From NCBI GenBank assembly GCA_026417625.1, contig JAOACW010000005.1, forward strand, positions 64,456-128,455: a stretch of 64,000 bases of DNA. The letters run 5' to 3'. This document shows positions 10,032 to 20,585 of this stretch, one piece after another; within the stretch, counting starts at the first letter, position 1; each line of letters opens with the position of its first letter. Below the pieces are notes generated by a model, which searched no databases, was not told where the DNA came from, and saw nothing but the letters and a program-made list of their open reading frames with translations. The position numbers and the translations under genes were made by a program. The stretch comes from Syntrophales bacterium (GTDB lineage Bacteria; Desulfobacterota; Syntrophia; Syntrophales; UBA8958).

Positions 10032-10358
10032 ATGGAAAACAATAATATTCCCGATAAGGAGTTCTTCCGAATCGGGGAAGTGAGTAGGATAGTTGGGGTC
10101 CAGCCTCACGTAATCCGATATTGGGAATCAGAGTTCAAATTAGTAAAACCTGTAAGAACCTCTTCGGATCAGCGTCTATTCAGACGAAAGGACGTAGAAA
10201 CACTTCTTATGATAAAGGACCTTCTCTATAAGGAGCATTTCACCATAAAAGGTGCAAAAAAAGAGCTTATAAAAAGAATAAAAGAAAAAGAAAATCGCGC
10301 CAACCTTCTTATACGCATCAAAAATGAGCTTCTGATAATAAGGGAAATGCTCTCTTGA
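10032..10358 (+). CDS. MerR-family transcriptional regulator
   Basis: N-terminal MerR HTH ([24 protein letters not shown]...). The ihfA-merR pairing is a common synteny. Confidence 0.8.
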   Translation: MENNNIPDKEFFRIGEVSRIVGVQPHVIRYWESEFKLVKPVRTSSDQRLFRRKDVETLLMIKDLLYKEHFTIKGAKKELIKRIKEKENRANLLIRIKNELLIIREMLS

Positions 10359-10360
10359 GC

Positions 10361-10651
10361 CTATTTTCTTCTTGATCGAGCAGCCCTTTTTGCAGCCTTA
10401 AGTGGATTTATCTTTTGTGTAACTTCACGGTATTCCCGCTTTATATGGGTCGCCATAGGGCAGAGACCAAGCACCCATTTGCTTCCTGGATCTGCATAGA
10501 TACTACAATAGGTTCCACTTTCGAAGGGTTTTGCTCTTTCGCAGCCTTCACACTTGTCTATAATGGGAAGGCAACTGCCACCTGTAAAAGTACAACCTCT
10601 TTTACTCATGAAAATGCATTCCACACCACTTTTGATGGTCTGGCATATCAT
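10361..10651 (-). CDS. PxxKW-family cysteine-rich small protein
   Basis: Cys pattern C-x8-C ... C-x6-C-x6-C-x2-C ... C ... C, with the eponymous PGSKW motif and a basic C-terminal tail. Confidence 0.7.
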   Translation of the reverse strand: MICQTIKSGVECIFMSKRGCTFTGGSCLPIIDKCEGCERAKPFESGTYCSIYADPGSKWVLGLCPMATHIKREYREVTQKINPLKAAKRAARSRRK

Positions 10652-10816
10652 ATTTACGGTCTAACCTCCGTTAGATTGGAATTATCGTTTAAGCATATAT
10701 CTTTTTGTGTGTATAGTCAATTAAAATTCTATAATTGTAGTATGAGTTAAATTGACTTACTATTGATATCATGATAGTAGCTATTTTTACCTTCGTTCAT
10801 AAGGCAAATTAGTGTC

Positions 10817-11566
10817 GTGCAGTCCAAACATCTAGTTGATATTTTCTTTAGATCCATGCTTATAAATTCTTCATTGAATTTTAAGAGAATGCAGAATATA
10901 GGTTTTGCCTATTCTTTACTTCCCATTCTCGGTTATAAGAAATTTAGCCCTGTGTTGAGACTGCAATTTTTGAAGAGACATCTTTCATATTTCAGTACTA
11001 ACCCTCAGATAGTTGCGCCTATTATCGGAGTTATAAGCAGACTGGAGGAGGGGAATGATGCCGAAGAGAGTGGGGATTACATTGTGAAGATAAAAAAAAG
11101 TATGGCTGGTCCCTTTGCAGCAATTGGTGATGTATTTCTTGGGAAAGGGATGTGTCTTCTCGCATCCATTGCTGCTGTAATGGCTTCTCTCTCTCAGTTA
11201 TTATCGGCTCCGCTAGTATTTATCGTTTTTTATGTTCCTCCACAGCTCTGGCTTAGGATTAAAGGTTTCATTGAGGGTTACCGTCAGGGGTTAAACATAA
11301 TATCATTTTTTAATGCTCTTCGATTGGTATCTAAAGCTGGTCTACTACAGTTTGTGACTGTTGGTTTAATAGGAGTGACTTCCGTATTTTGGGCGGTAAA
11401 CTCCTTGCATTACCTTTTTTGTCCTATTAATTTACTGGAAAGAGGAGTTTTCACGTGGGTTTTGGTAGTTCTGTGTTATCTACTTATTGAACGCGGTGTT
11501 TCTTTGGTTGCCATCGTGTATGTTTTTTGTTTACTGGCTTGTTTAATAATGTATGCTGTACATTGA
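10817..11566 (+). CDS. PTS mannose/fructose/sorbose-family IID-like membrane protein
   Basis: Matches ManZ-type IID motifs: FFRSMLINSSLNFKRMQNIGFAYSLLP (compare FLRS..QGSWNFERMQ.LGF), RHLSYFSTNPQIVAPIIGV and IKKSMAGPFAAIGD. GTG start is uncertain. Confidence 0.75.
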   Translation: MQSKHLVDIFFRSMLINSSLNFKRMQNIGFAYSLLPILGYKKFSPVLRLQFLKRHLSYFSTNPQIVAPIIGVISRLEEGNDAEESGDYIVKIKKSMAGPFAAIGDVFLGKGMCLLASIAAVMASLSQLLSAPLVFIVFYVPPQLWLRIKGFIEGYRQGLNIISFFNALRLVSKAGLLQFVTVGLIGVTSVFWAVNSLHYLFCPINLLERGVFTWVLVVLCYLLIERGVSLVAIVYVFCLLACLIMYAVH

Positions 11567-11825
11567 AAAGACATTTGCTGTTAAGAACCGCTTTGGAATT
11601 CATGCGAGAGCAGCCGCAAAAATTGCGCAAACTGCGGAAAAATTCCGTTCCAGGATAATTGTAGAGTATGATGGAAAAGAGGTAAATGGTAAAAGCTTGC
11701 TTGATATTTTAACCCTTGCTTGTCCCTTTGGAGGTTATATGACGATAAAAATTCATGGCCCTGATGCAGAGGATGCCATGTCCGCGATTGCGAAAGTTTT
11801 TGAAGAACGTTTTGGAGAGGACTAG
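11553..11825 (+). CDS. ptsH: Phosphocarrier protein HPr
   Basis: Active-site His context (NRFGIHARAAAKI) and regulatory Ser context (NGKSLLDIL). About 90 aa. Confidence 0.9.
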   Translation: MLYIEKTFAVKNRFGIHARAAAKIAQTAEKFRSRIIVEYDGKEVNGKSLLDILTLACPFGGYMTIKIHGPDAEDAMSAIAKVFEERFGED

Positions 11826-11834
11826 ATTGGATTA

Positions 11835-13598
11835 ATGGAAACGGTAATTATTAAAGGTGTTGGTGTATCCCCGGGTATAGTTATCGGAAAAGCTTATGTA
11901 TACGACCGTTTAGATGCGCAAATTTCTCTTTACAGTTTGAACGGTTCGGAAAAGCGCGTATACGAGGAGGTTAGACGTTTAAAAAAGGCGATAAAGGATT
12001 CGGAATTGCAACTAAAGGAACTTAAGAAAAAGTTCTCAGCGTCCGAGGGTTTAAAGCCACTTTATATAATCGATGTTCATCTGATGCTGTTAAGGGATCG
12101 TTCTTTTATCGATGCTATTGTTAACTTTATACGTGAAATGGGTGTTAACGCAGAATGGGCTGTAAGGTTAGCCCTTGATAAATACCGAGAAATCTTTGAC
12201 CGGATCGATGATGAGTACATAAAAGAGAGATTCAATGACGTCCGTTATGTAGGGCAGATGATACTAAGGAATCTAGCAGGGAAGGGCCGATCGGTTAAAT
12301 CTCAGACAGGAGAAAATATAATCGTGATAGCAACGGATCTTTCACCTGCTGATACGGCTCAGATGATGATCGATAGGGTTCTGGGTTTTGCCACTGATAT
12401 GGGTAGTAGAACGTCTCATACAGCAATTGTTGCTCGTTCTCTTGAAATACCTGCTGTCGTGGGTCTTGAAAAAGTGACTCGTTTGGTGAAAACGAACGAT
12501 ACAGTTATTTTGGATGGTTCGGCTGGTGTGTTAATTATAAATCCTGATCCTGAAGTTCTCAGACGTTACGAGGAAAAAAGCAGGTTATATAAGGAATCTC
12601 AGAAGGAATTTCTAAAGGATGCGAAACTTCCGGCAATAACCAAAGATGGATTCAGAATTGCTATCGGAGGGAATATAGAGTTTATAGAAGAGATACCTAC
12701 GGCAATTTCTTACGGTGCTGAAGGAATTGGATTGTACCGAACGGAATTCATATATATTAACCGTGAAACTCTCCCCACAGAGGAAGAACATTTCTCCAGT
12801 TATTCTCGTGTTGTAAGTGCAGAAGGAATTTCATGGGCTACAATACGCACGTTTGATTTAGGGGGTGACAAGTTTTATTCCGATCCGAAACTGGCAAAAG
12901 AAATGAACCCACAAATGGGGCTCAGAGCAATTCGTTTCTGTTTGAAAGAGGTTGACCTGTTTAAAGTTCAAATTAGAGCTATTCTTCGAGCGAGCTCGCT
13001 GGGTAAAACAAGGATACTTTTTCCTATGATATCAAGTCTTGAGGAAATAAGGCAAGCCAAAGTGATTCTTGAAGAAGAGTATAATAATTTAGTTCGGGAA
13101 GGTTTTAAACTGGGAAAGGATTTTGAAGTAGGTGTAATGATAGAAGTTCCATCGGCTGTGGTTATTGCTGATGCTCTGGCAAAAGAGGCGGATTTTTTCA
13201 GTATTGGGACAAATGACCTCATCCAGTACACTCTTGCAATTGATAGGATTAATGAGAGGGTAAGTTACCTTTACGAGCCCCTCCATCCTGCTGTTATACG
13301 TCTCATCAAAAATGTCATTGACGTTGCGCATGATGCAGGCATCAAGGTTGCCATGTGTGGAGAAATGGCCGGTGATCCTCTATACGTGATGGTACTGCTC
13401 GGGCTTGGCCTTGATGAACTCAGTATGAACCCTCTTGCTATTCCTAAAATTAAGTCAATGGTGCGGAAAACGACACTTGAGGAATCGCGCAGGCTTCTCA
13501 AAGATATACTTCCCATGTCATCTGCAAAAGAGATAAGACAACAAGTGGAAAAAACTATGCAAGAGTATTTTCCAGATGAATTCCATGTTGTCGATTAA
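11835..13598 (+). CDS. ptsI: Phosphoenolpyruvate--protein phosphotransferase (PTS Enzyme I)
   Basis: Full-length EI with phospho-His region (GSRTSHTAIVARSLEIPAVVG) and PEP-utilising C-domain (FFSIGTNDLIQYTLA, CGEMAGDP). Confidence 0.95.
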   Translation: METVIIKGVGVSPGIVIGKAYVYDRLDAQISLYSLNGSEKRVYEEVRRLKKAIKDSELQLKELKKKFSASEGLKPLYIIDVHLMLLRDRSFIDAIVNFIREMGVNAEWAVRLALDKYREIFDRIDDEYIKERFNDVRYVGQMILRNLAGKGRSVKSQTGENIIVIATDLSPADTAQMMIDRVLGFATDMGSRTSHTAIVARSLEIPAVVGLEKVTRLVKTNDTVILDGSAGVLIINPDPEVLRRYEEKSRLYKESQKEFLKDAKLPAITKDGFRIAIGGNIEFIEEIPTAISYGAEGIGLYRTEFIYINRETLPTEEEHFSSYSRVVSAEGISWATIRTFDLGGDKFYSDPKLAKEMNPQMGLRAIRFCLKEVDLFKVQIRAILRASSLGKTRILFPMISSLEEIRQAKVILEEEYNNLVREGFKLGKDFEVGVMIEVPSAVVIADALAKEADFFSIGTNDLIQYTLAIDRINERVSYLYEPLHPAVIRLIKNVIDVAHDAGIKVAMCGEMAGDPLYVMVLLGLGLDELSMNPLAIPKIKSMVRKTTLEESRRLLKDILPMSSAKEIRQQVEKTMQEYFPDEFHVVD

Positions 13599-13603
13599 AT
13601 GTT

Positions 13604-16228
13604 ATGTTTTTCTTTTTTTCACGCATTAAAGAATGGCTGAAAACATCTAAGGAGAATGAACCTGGTAATCTTTACGAAAAACCAGGTTTACTGTTCAGGA
13701 CATTTGAAAAATTGTTGACCAATATTCCTTTCGATGAAGAATCAGCCTCTTCAATTTCGAAGCTTGGCGAAGGTGGAGTAGTTGTATACGCATTGAGAGA
13801 ACCCAGCCAGTTAAACACAATGATCCTTTACGGTATATGTTTGAAAAAGGGTTTACCCTGCCCCAGTTATGTTCCTTCTGTTAATCTCTCTCTTTGGCAA
13901 CCTTTTGAAAAATCTTTGGGTTTTCTTTTATGGCATCTGTACAGACTTTTGAGGGGAAGAAAAGAACAAAACTATTCTGAGAGTGTTGCGAATAGAGTCT
14001 ATCGCGGGGAAAATTTGATCATACATGTGGGTGAGTCAGAGTTAATTGAGGATGAGAAAGCTAATATGTCAATTGCCGGTATTCTAAGCGCTCAAGCAAA
14101 AACAGGTGTTTCGGTTTTCATAGTGCCTATTGTGATTGTTTATGGTCGAAGAAAGAAGATGGAAGAGGAAAGCATATTGAATATTCTTTTCGGACAGACT
14201 GAAAATACTGGGATAATTAGGAGGTTGGTAACTTTCCTGAGGTATTCCGGTCAGGTTGTTATTATACCTGCGGATCCTATTGATCTTAGATCCTTTTGCA
14301 TGTCTCATGGACATCTAACCGAAGATCAACTTATCAAAGAATTGCGGAGCGAGATAATTTTCCGCATTGATGAAGAACGGGAAAGTGTTTTGGGACCTAC
14401 ACTCAAAAAGCGGAACGAGATTATAGAGATGGTTTTGAAGGATCCTCAGCTCCAGCGGGAAATGGAGGATGTTGCTCAGTCGGGAAGCAAAAGGAGTCTC
14501 CTCTCAGTTAAGAAAGAAGCTAGAAAGTATCTAGAAGAAATTGTTGCGGATTATAATGGTGTGTACATCGAGCTGTGGTATAGGGTTCTCAAATGGTTAT
14601 GGAATAATATATACGATGGTTTGGTTGTGGATTCAGAGGGTTTGGTAAGAGTCAGAAATATAGCTAAAAAAATGCCTTTCGTGGTTGTTCCCTGTCATCG
14701 CAGTCACATAGATTATCTTCTACTTTCGTATGTATTTTACGAATACAATATACAGCTTCCCTTCATTGCGGCGGGGATAAATATGAAATTTGGACCTTTT
14801 GGTCATATATTCCGCCAATCTGGAGCCTTTTTTATTCGTCGGACATTCAGGGGAAACAGACTTTACGCCGCTGTGTTCGCCACCTACCTGAAGATTCTTG
14901 TAAAGGAGGGTTTGCCTTTTGAATTCTTCATAGAGGGTGGAAGGAGCAGAACGGGTAAAATGGTTATGCCGAAGTATGGTTTGCTTTCAATGATCATATC
15001 TGCTTTTCAGGAAAAGGTGACGGATGATCTCGCGATAATACCTGTGTACATCGGCTATGATCGTGTCATAGAGGAGAAATCGTATTTACAGGAGCTAGGG
15101 GGTCTTCAGAAGAGAAGTGAAAATACATTCGATATTTTAAAAAGTACGCGTATATTGCGCAAGCGGTTCGGCAGTGTTTACGTTAACATTGGTGAACCTA
15201 TTTTTTTGAAATCTTACCTGGCCAACCTCGATAAGTCTGTGGCCGAGATGACCACCGAGGAGAGACGCAGGCTTTATCGGAAGATAGGTTATGAAATAGC
15301 CTATTCGATTAACCGAGTTTCAGTGGTAACGCCTATTTCCATGGTTTCGGCGGCCCTTTTAAGTCACGATCGTAGGGGTATTAGCCATAATGAATTGATG
15401 GAAATCGTAAATGAGTTTTACGAGTACTTGCTGTACCAGAGGGCAAACCTTGCTGCTACCTTTGCTCACCGTGAAAAAGCCATTAATCGGGCGTTGGACA
15501 TGTTTCTAAGTGAGGGTATTATATCTCGTCTCGTCTATGAGGGAGAAGAAGACGAAGAGCTGAAAGAAATCGTCTATTCTATTGATGACAATAAGAGGAT
15601 GCACATAGAATACTATAAAAACAACATACTTCACTTTTTTCTGCCGCTGAGTTTTGTTGCCACCTCAGTGGTTCATCACCCAGAAGATGTAATAGATGTT
15701 AGTAAAATTATACAGGATTATCAGTTTTTCAAGGTTCTGTTTTGGCGGGAGTTTATATTTGATGACCGACGGGATACGGTTGATGAAGTCAAAGAGGCTT
15801 TATCCTTTCTGAATAGCCGGGGGATGTTGACTTTGCAGTCCATAAGGAATGGGGTTCGGTTGGAGGTCAAAGGGCGTGGCCGGATTCACCTTAGGTTTTT
15901 CGCGGGATTGATAGCTAACTATTTTGAATCTTACTGGATTGTCGTTAGAGGATGTGGATATTTAAGAAAAAGTCCCCGATCTGAAAGGGATTGGTTAAGG
16001 TATCTCCATAAATTAGGTTCACTTATGTTCCGTAAAGGTGAGATAAAGCGTGCTGAAGCTCTTTCTCAGGCAAATTTTATAAACGCGATGGCTTTCCTGC
16101 AGATGCAGGGAATAATTACTGTCCAGGATGATCCAGACAAGAGAGATAAAGATGCTCGTGTCTATGCTTTGCAATCCACGTCAAGAGAATTGGAGCAGTT
16201 AAGAAGCCGCATTTTCCACTTTATGTAA
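13604..16228 (+). CDS. plsB: Glycerol-3-phosphate acyltransferase, PlsB-type
   Basis: Acyltransferase blocks HRSHIDYLLLSY (HxxxxD), FFIRRTF and FFIEGGRSRTGK in a protein of about 870 aa. Confidence 0.85.
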   Translation: MFFFFSRIKEWLKTSKENEPGNLYEKPGLLFRTFEKLLTNIPFDEESASSISKLGEGGVVVYALREPSQLNTMILYGICLKKGLPCPSYVPSVNLSLWQPFEKSLGFLLWHLYRLLRGRKEQNYSESVANRVYRGENLIIHVGESELIEDEKANMSIAGILSAQAKTGVSVFIVPIVIVYGRRKKMEEESILNILFGQTENTGIIRRLVTFLRYSGQVVIIPADPIDLRSFCMSHGHLTEDQLIKELRSEIIFRIDEERESVLGPTLKKRNEIIEMVLKDPQLQREMEDVAQSGSKRSLLSVKKEARKYLEEIVADYNGVYIELWYRVLKWLWNNIYDGLVVDSEGLVRVRNIAKKMPFVVVPCHRSHIDYLLLSYVFYEYNIQLPFIAAGINMKFGPFGHIFRQSGAFFIRRTFRGNRLYAAVFATYLKILVKEGLPFEFFIEGGRSRTGKMVMPKYGLLSMIISAFQEKVTDDLAIIPVYIGYDRVIEEKSYLQELGGLQKRSENTFDILKSTRILRKRFGSVYVNIGEPIFLKSYLANLDKSVAEMTTEERRRLYRKIGYEIAYSINRVSVVTPISMVSAALLSHDRRGISHNELMEIVNEFYEYLLYQRANLAATFAHREKAINRALDMFLSEGIISRLVYEGEEDEELKEIVYSIDDNKRMHIEYYKNNILHFFLPLSFVATSVVHHPEDVIDVSKIIQDYQFFKVLFWREFIFDDRRDTVDEVKEALSFLNSRGMLTLQSIRNGVRLEVKGRGRIHLRFFAGLIANYFESYWIVVRGCGYLRKSPRSERDWLRYLHKLGSLMFRKGEIKRAEALSQANFINAMAFLQMQGIITVQDDPDKRDKDARVYALQSTSRELEQLRSRIFHFM

Positions 16229-16255
16229 GTCTGTTTTGAACTAGTAACGGTTCAT

Positions 16256-17020
16256 ATGGGCGAAGGAGGAATAAGGGAGAAGGGTACTAAACTATACCAC
16301 CACCTAAAAAAGTGGCTGGAAAGGGGTATAATGGATTATGATATGGTGGAGGAGGGAGATCGTCTTCTGGTGGGCGTTTCTGGTGGTGCCGACAGTATGA
16401 CCTTGATTGATCTGCTCCTAACTCCTATGGTTTTTGTTCCAAAATTTGAGGTTGTTGTCGCTCATATCGATATGGGATTTGAGAATCAGGGTATTGCAGG
16501 AGAAGTTATTAAAGATTTTTTGAGTGGAAGATGTGAGGTTATCATAGAAAAAACAGACATAGGACCTTATGTGCACAGTGAGAAGAACAGAAAGAAACCA
16601 TGTTTTCTATGTTCACGACTACGGCGCAGGCGTTTGTTCGAAATAGCGGTGGCAAATGGATGTAGAAAAGTGGTACTTGCTCATCACAGAGATGATATTA
16701 TTGAAACACTTCTAATTAACCTTTTTTTTGGAAGGGAAATTAGTACGATGATGCCTGTTCAGTCCATTTTCAAAGGTGAACTTTTCATCATCAGACCTTT
16801 GGTCTACATTACTGAAGAGTTAATCAAAAAGTACGCTAAGGAGAAAAACCTTCCTGTTTGCAAAAATCTGTGTCCATCGGTGGGTAAAACGAAGCGCAGT
16901 TATGTGAAGGAACTTTTAAATCGGATGGAAATTGACTATCCACTCCTGCGTCACAATATCTGGACAGCACTACATCATGTTAAGATGGGCTATATTTCCT
17001 TGAATTCAAATAGGAGTTGA
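16256..17020 (+). CDS. ttcA: PP-loop ATPase, tRNA 2-thiocytidine synthase TtcA-like
   Basis: PP-loop SGGADS preceded by [15 protein letters not shown]. Also [10 protein letters not shown] and a second Cys pair (CKNLCPS). Confidence 0.7.
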   Translation: MGEGGIREKGTKLYHHLKKWLERGIMDYDMVEEGDRLLVGVSGGADSMTLIDLLLTPMVFVPKFEVVVAHIDMGFENQGIAGEVIKDFLSGRCEVIIEKTDIGPYVHSEKNRKKPCFLCSRLRRRRLFEIAVANGCRKVVLAHHRDDIIETLLINLFFGREISTMMPVQSIFKGELFIIRPLVYITEELIKKYAKEKNLPVCKNLCPSVGKTKRSYVKELLNRMEIDYPLLRHNIWTALHHVKMGYISLNSNRS

Positions 17021-17490
17021 GAATGGCGAAGAAAGAACAGGAGAAGGTAATAGCTACCAATAAGAAGGCGAGGCTGGAGTATCATATCGATGAAACGTAT
17101 GAAGCGGGCATAGTGCTCCTTGGAACTGAGGTTAAGGCCATACGGGAAGGACGTGTAAATCTAAAGGACAGCTACGCTGCTATAAAGAATGGTGAGGTAT
17201 TTCTGTATGATATGCACATAAGTCCCTATACCTATGGGAACATATACAACCATGATCCATTGAGGACGAGGAAACTATTGCTTCATAAACATGAGATAAG
17301 GAGACTATACGGAAAAACAAAAGAGAAAGGTTTTACCTTGATTCCCCTTAAGCTTTATTTTAAAAATAAAAAGATTAAGGTGGAGTTAGGTGTGGCCCGG
17401 GGTAAGAAGCTCTATGATAGAAGAGAAGAAATAAGAAGGAAGGATGAAAAAAGACTCTTAGAGAGGGAAATGCATTTCCGTAAATTCTGA
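17017..17490 (+). CDS. smpB: SsrA-binding protein SmpB
   Basis: Typical SmpB sequence ([29 protein letters not shown]...). Lies directly upstream of tmRNA. Confidence 0.95.
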   Translation: MRMAKKEQEKVIATNKKARLEYHIDETYEAGIVLLGTEVKAIREGRVNLKDSYAAIKNGEVFLYDMHISPYTYGNIYNHDPLRTRKLLLHKHEIRRLYGKTKEKGFTLIPLKLYFKNKKIKVELGVARGKKLYDRREEIRRKDEKRLLEREMHFRKF

Positions 17491-17547
17491 GCTCTTTGTT
17501 GAAAGACTTGACATAATAGCATTCAAGGGATAAACTAAAAACAAATA

Positions 17548-17901
17548 GGGGGCGAAAAGGGTTCGACGGGGATAGTTGAAACTGCAGCTGCGTATCGAGG
17601 TTCCTACCGGCCTCGTTAAAAAGGTAGGGTAAAATAGTCGCAAACGACTACGAATACGCTTTAGCCGCATAAGACGGCTAACGTTCTCCTGATCTCGCCT
17701 GCCGGATCAGTGAGGGCGTCAGAAAGGTAGGATAGTCTTGGTTCTAGTCCTGGGGAACCAAGGCGAAATAAACCGGGATAGCCAAGGATATTCCCTGCCT
17801 CCTAGGGAATACTGAGGCGAAATGAAAAATAGGAGGCTACGTACGTAGAACCTGCAGTGGAAGATTTCCGGACGGGGGTTCGATTCCCCCCGCCTCCACC
17901 A
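17548..17901 (+). ncRNA. ssrA: tmRNA (SsrA), one-piece; tag peptide ANDYEYALAA
   Basis: 5' GGGGGCG pairs with 3' CGCCTCC-A-CCA. T-arm GGGGGTTCGATTCCCCC. Resume codon context ...AAAATAGTC GCA AAC GAC TAC GAA TAC GCT TTA GCC GCA TAA (17640-17672), very close to the E. coli tag region. Confidence 0.9.
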
Positions 17902-18092
17902 AGAAGGAGGATTTCACTTTTTTTAAAACTATACCGATTTTATTGTACAGTTCTAAACTGAGCTCTCCAAGGGTCACGACATCATTGATATCTTCTGGTG
18001 TGGGCATGTCAATCCCGTGGTTGTAAGGATAATCGGGTGCATTTCCTTTTGTCCAAAATGGTAAACCTTAAAATGTAGCCTGTTCTTCTTTC

Positions 18093-18809
18093 CTACTTTC
18101 CTAAATTAAGGACAGTTTTTTCAAGAGGAATCTTTTTGTCTGCCGCTTTCATTCCTCTTTTGACAATCATGAGCAAGTTTGAACAGCAGGGTACCTCCAT
18201 AAAAGCAACTGTCACGCTTTTGACCTCGGCGGTAAGGAAGATATCTGTAAACTTTTGCACATACTCCATGACATTGTCGAATTTCGGGCAACCCATCATG
18301 ACCACCCTGTTCTTGATTAAGTCACGGTGTAAGGATGGATGCACAACTGCCGTACAGTCGGTGAGGACAAGCAGATGGGCACCTTTGAGAAAGGGAGCTG
18401 AGGCAGGGATCAATTTAATCTTAATAGGCCAATGGGAAAGAGCCGATTTTTCAAGCATACTGTAAAATTTTTCCGGCCCATTAACTGATTTGCAGACAAG
18501 GGATTTGTCAAAGGATCGAATATGTGCTGAAGGGCAGTCGCAGGACATCGTTGCATCTTTCTTCTGGTCCAGGTGCTTTTTGACCACTTCTTCATTGAAG
18601 GGATACGCATACCGCTCAACAATTCGTAACGCACCTGTAGAACACTCACCTACGCAGGCACCCAGACCATCGCAGAAAAATTCCGAAATGATTTTGGCCT
18701 TGCCATCAATGATTTGGAGTGCACCTTCTGAACAGCTTGTAACGCAATTTCCGCACCCGTTGCAGAGATCCTCATTAATTTCAATAATTTTGCGAATAAT
18801 TTTATCCAT
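18093..18809 (-). CDS. Iron-sulfur cluster-binding protein (2x[4Fe-4S] ferredoxin domain plus C-terminal Cys-containing domain), Hcp partner
   Basis: CNGCGNCVTSC and CDGLGACVGEC motifs. Co-directional and 54 nt downstream of hcp. Confidence 0.75.
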   Translation of the reverse strand: MDKIIRKIIEINEDLCNGCGNCVTSCSEGALQIIDGKAKIISEFFCDGLGACVGECSTGALRIVERYAYPFNEEVVKKHLDQKKDATMSCDCPSAHIRSFDKSLVCKSVNGPEKFYSMLEKSALSHWPIKIKLIPASAPFLKGAHLLVLTDCTAVVHPSLHRDLIKNRVVMMGCPKFDNVMEYVQKFTDIFLTAEVKSVTVAFMEVPCCSNLLMIVKRGMKAADKKIPLEKTVLNLGK

Positions 18810-18863
18810 AACTCACCTCATAAATAACTTTAAAGGCTAATTGATGTAGTCGCTACACGAAAT

Positions 18864-20501
18864 TCACGTTCCCTTCATCATCGCCTCGACATCCGTTTGA
18901 ACATCCCCGATTGTTTTTATGTCGAATTTTTCCACCAAAACTTTGGTGATGTTAGGAGTCAAAAATCCAGGCAGAGTCGGACCTAGCCGCATACCCTTTA
19001 CGCCCAGAGAAAGGAGGGCAAGCAGAACGGCTACCGCTTTTTGCTCGTACCAGGCGATGTTAAAAGAAATGGGTAATTCATTAATGTCTTTAAGATTTAA
19101 AAGCTCCTTGAGCTTGAGCGCGATCACAACCAAAGAGTAAGAATCATTACATTGGCCAGCATCGAGCACACGAGGGATACCGCCAATATCGCCCAATGAC
19201 AGTTTGTTATAACGGTATTTGGCACATCCAGCCGTCAAAATCACGGTATCTTTAGGTAGGTATTGGGCCACTTCTGTATAATAGTTGCGTGTCCTGTGTC
19301 GACCATCGCAACCGGCCATGACGATAAATCGTTTTATTGTCCCTGACTTCACTGCCTCCACTATCTTGTCCGCGAGTGCCAAAATCTGGTTATGGGCAAA
19401 ACCACCGACAATCGTGCCTTTCTCAACCTCTTTAGGGGGAGGGCAAGCTTTAGCCAAAGCAATTACTTGGGAGAAGTCTTTCGCACCACTCTTAGGCCTA
19501 TCCGGGATATGGACAGCTCCTGGATAACTGACGTTTCCTGTTGTGAAAAGCCGGTTTAGATAGGTGTTTTCTTTTTTCACAGGTATGAGGCAATTCGTTG
19601 TTAAAATAATTGGCCCGTTGAAATGTTCAAAGTCCTCGTTCTGATGCCACCATGAAGAACCATAATTGCCGACAAGATGGGAGTGTTTTTTAAAAGCGGG
19701 GTAGTAGTGAGCTGGCAACATCTCACCATGCGTATACACATCCACGCCGGTACCTTTTGTTTGTTCAAGCAAATCTTCCAAATCTTTCAGGTCATGACCG
19801 GAAATCAAAATTCCTGGGTTGTTCCTCACGCCTATATTAACATGCGTGATTTCTGGATGGCCGTAGGTTTCAGTATTTGCCTTATCAAGAAGCGCAATCG
19901 TTTTTACCGCTGTCTCGCCTGCCTTTATGATAAACTCCACAAGTTCATCTGCTGAAAGGTCGCGTGTAGTGGCTACCAATGCCTGAAAGACGAAACGATA
20001 AATATCGTCGCTTTCATACCCCAACACTGCGGCGTGATCAGCATACGCACCGATTCCTTTAAGTCCAAAAACAAGAAGCGATCTCAGCGACCGAATATCC
20101 TCGTCTGGGGAGATGTTGATGCGTACTTCATCTGCGGTCGCTTTTGTAAAAATGTCTTCTTTGTTTCTCGGCGTCCACACAGCGCAGTCGGGCAAATGTC
20201 CTAAAACGAGCGAAGCGGCGCCGGCTCTTACCCTGTCACGTACCTTTAACGCTTCCTCTATCTTTAGTAGGATAGCCTCGTCATCCCATGCGACGTTTGT
20301 GATGGTGACGAAAAGGGACTTACAGACGAAACGCCCCGTTGTTCTCTCCACCTTTGGTAGTTTTTCAGCGTACACCGAAATCCCCTTACAGAGGTAAACG
20401 AGTAAATCCTGAAGGTTTGCAGTTGATTCCTGTTTGCCGCAAAATCCTCTGACGGTACAGCCCTGGTTTTTTATGGTTTCCTGACACTGATTACAAAACA
20501 T
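18864..20501 (-). CDS. hcp: Hybrid cluster protein (hydroxylamine reductase)
   Basis: N-terminal MFCNQCQET...GC...G.CGK cluster motif and the full-length Hcp/prismane fold sequence. Confidence 0.95.
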   Translation of the reverse strand: MFCNQCQETIKNQGCTVRGFCGKQESTANLQDLLVYLCKGISVYAEKLPKVERTTGRFVCKSLFVTITNVAWDDEAILLKIEEALKVRDRVRAGAASLVLGHLPDCAVWTPRNKEDIFTKATADEVRINISPDEDIRSLRSLLVFGLKGIGAYADHAAVLGYESDDIYRFVFQALVATTRDLSADELVEFIIKAGETAVKTIALLDKANTETYGHPEITHVNIGVRNNPGILISGHDLKDLEDLLEQTKGTGVDVYTHGEMLPAHYYPAFKKHSHLVGNYGSSWWHQNEDFEHFNGPIILTTNCLIPVKKENTYLNRLFTTGNVSYPGAVHIPDRPKSGAKDFSQVIALAKACPPPKEVEKGTIVGGFAHNQILALADKIVEAVKSGTIKRFIVMAGCDGRHRTRNYYTEVAQYLPKDTVILTAGCAKYRYNKLSLGDIGGIPRVLDAGQCNDSYSLVVIALKLKELLNLKDINELPISFNIAWYEQKAVAVLLALLSLGVKGMRLGPTLPGFLTPNITKVLVEKFDIKTIGDVQTDVEAMMKGT

Positions 20502-20526
20502 AGTAAACCTCCTTATTTTTTTTAAG

Positions 20527-20569
20527 ATTATATATTAAAAAACTTTGGCGCATCCTTGACTTATGTTAA
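20527..20569 (-). promoter_or_regulatory. Predicted class II Crp/Fnr-dependent hcp promoter: TTGAC-N4-GTTAA box plus -10 TATAAT
   Basis: Box TTGACttatGTTAA at 20556-20569. On the minus strand TATAAT spans 20532-20527, which puts the box centre about 42 nt upstream of the implied TSS. SD AGGAGG precedes the hcp ATG. Confidence 0.45.
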
Positions 20570-20585
20570 GAGAAGATCATCTTTT

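Noticed and set aside
10758-10779. Imperfect palindrome TACTAT-TGATATCA-TG-ATAGTA in the PxxKW / PTS-IID intergenic region, as a possible operator.
   Set aside because: It is asymmetric, lies in an AT-rich spacer where such matches arise by chance, and fits no known regulator motif. It is worth revisiting only if conserved in relatives.
17902-18092. Possible genomic-island insertion at the tmRNA 3' end, a classic integration hotspot. A 56-codon reverse-strand ORF (MPTPEDINDVV...) runs into ssrA.
   Set aside because: I saw no integrase, no direct repeat of the tmRNA 3' end, and no mobile genes. The next genes are an ordinary hcp operon. The short ORF overlaps the tmRNA and has no SD or recognisable family.
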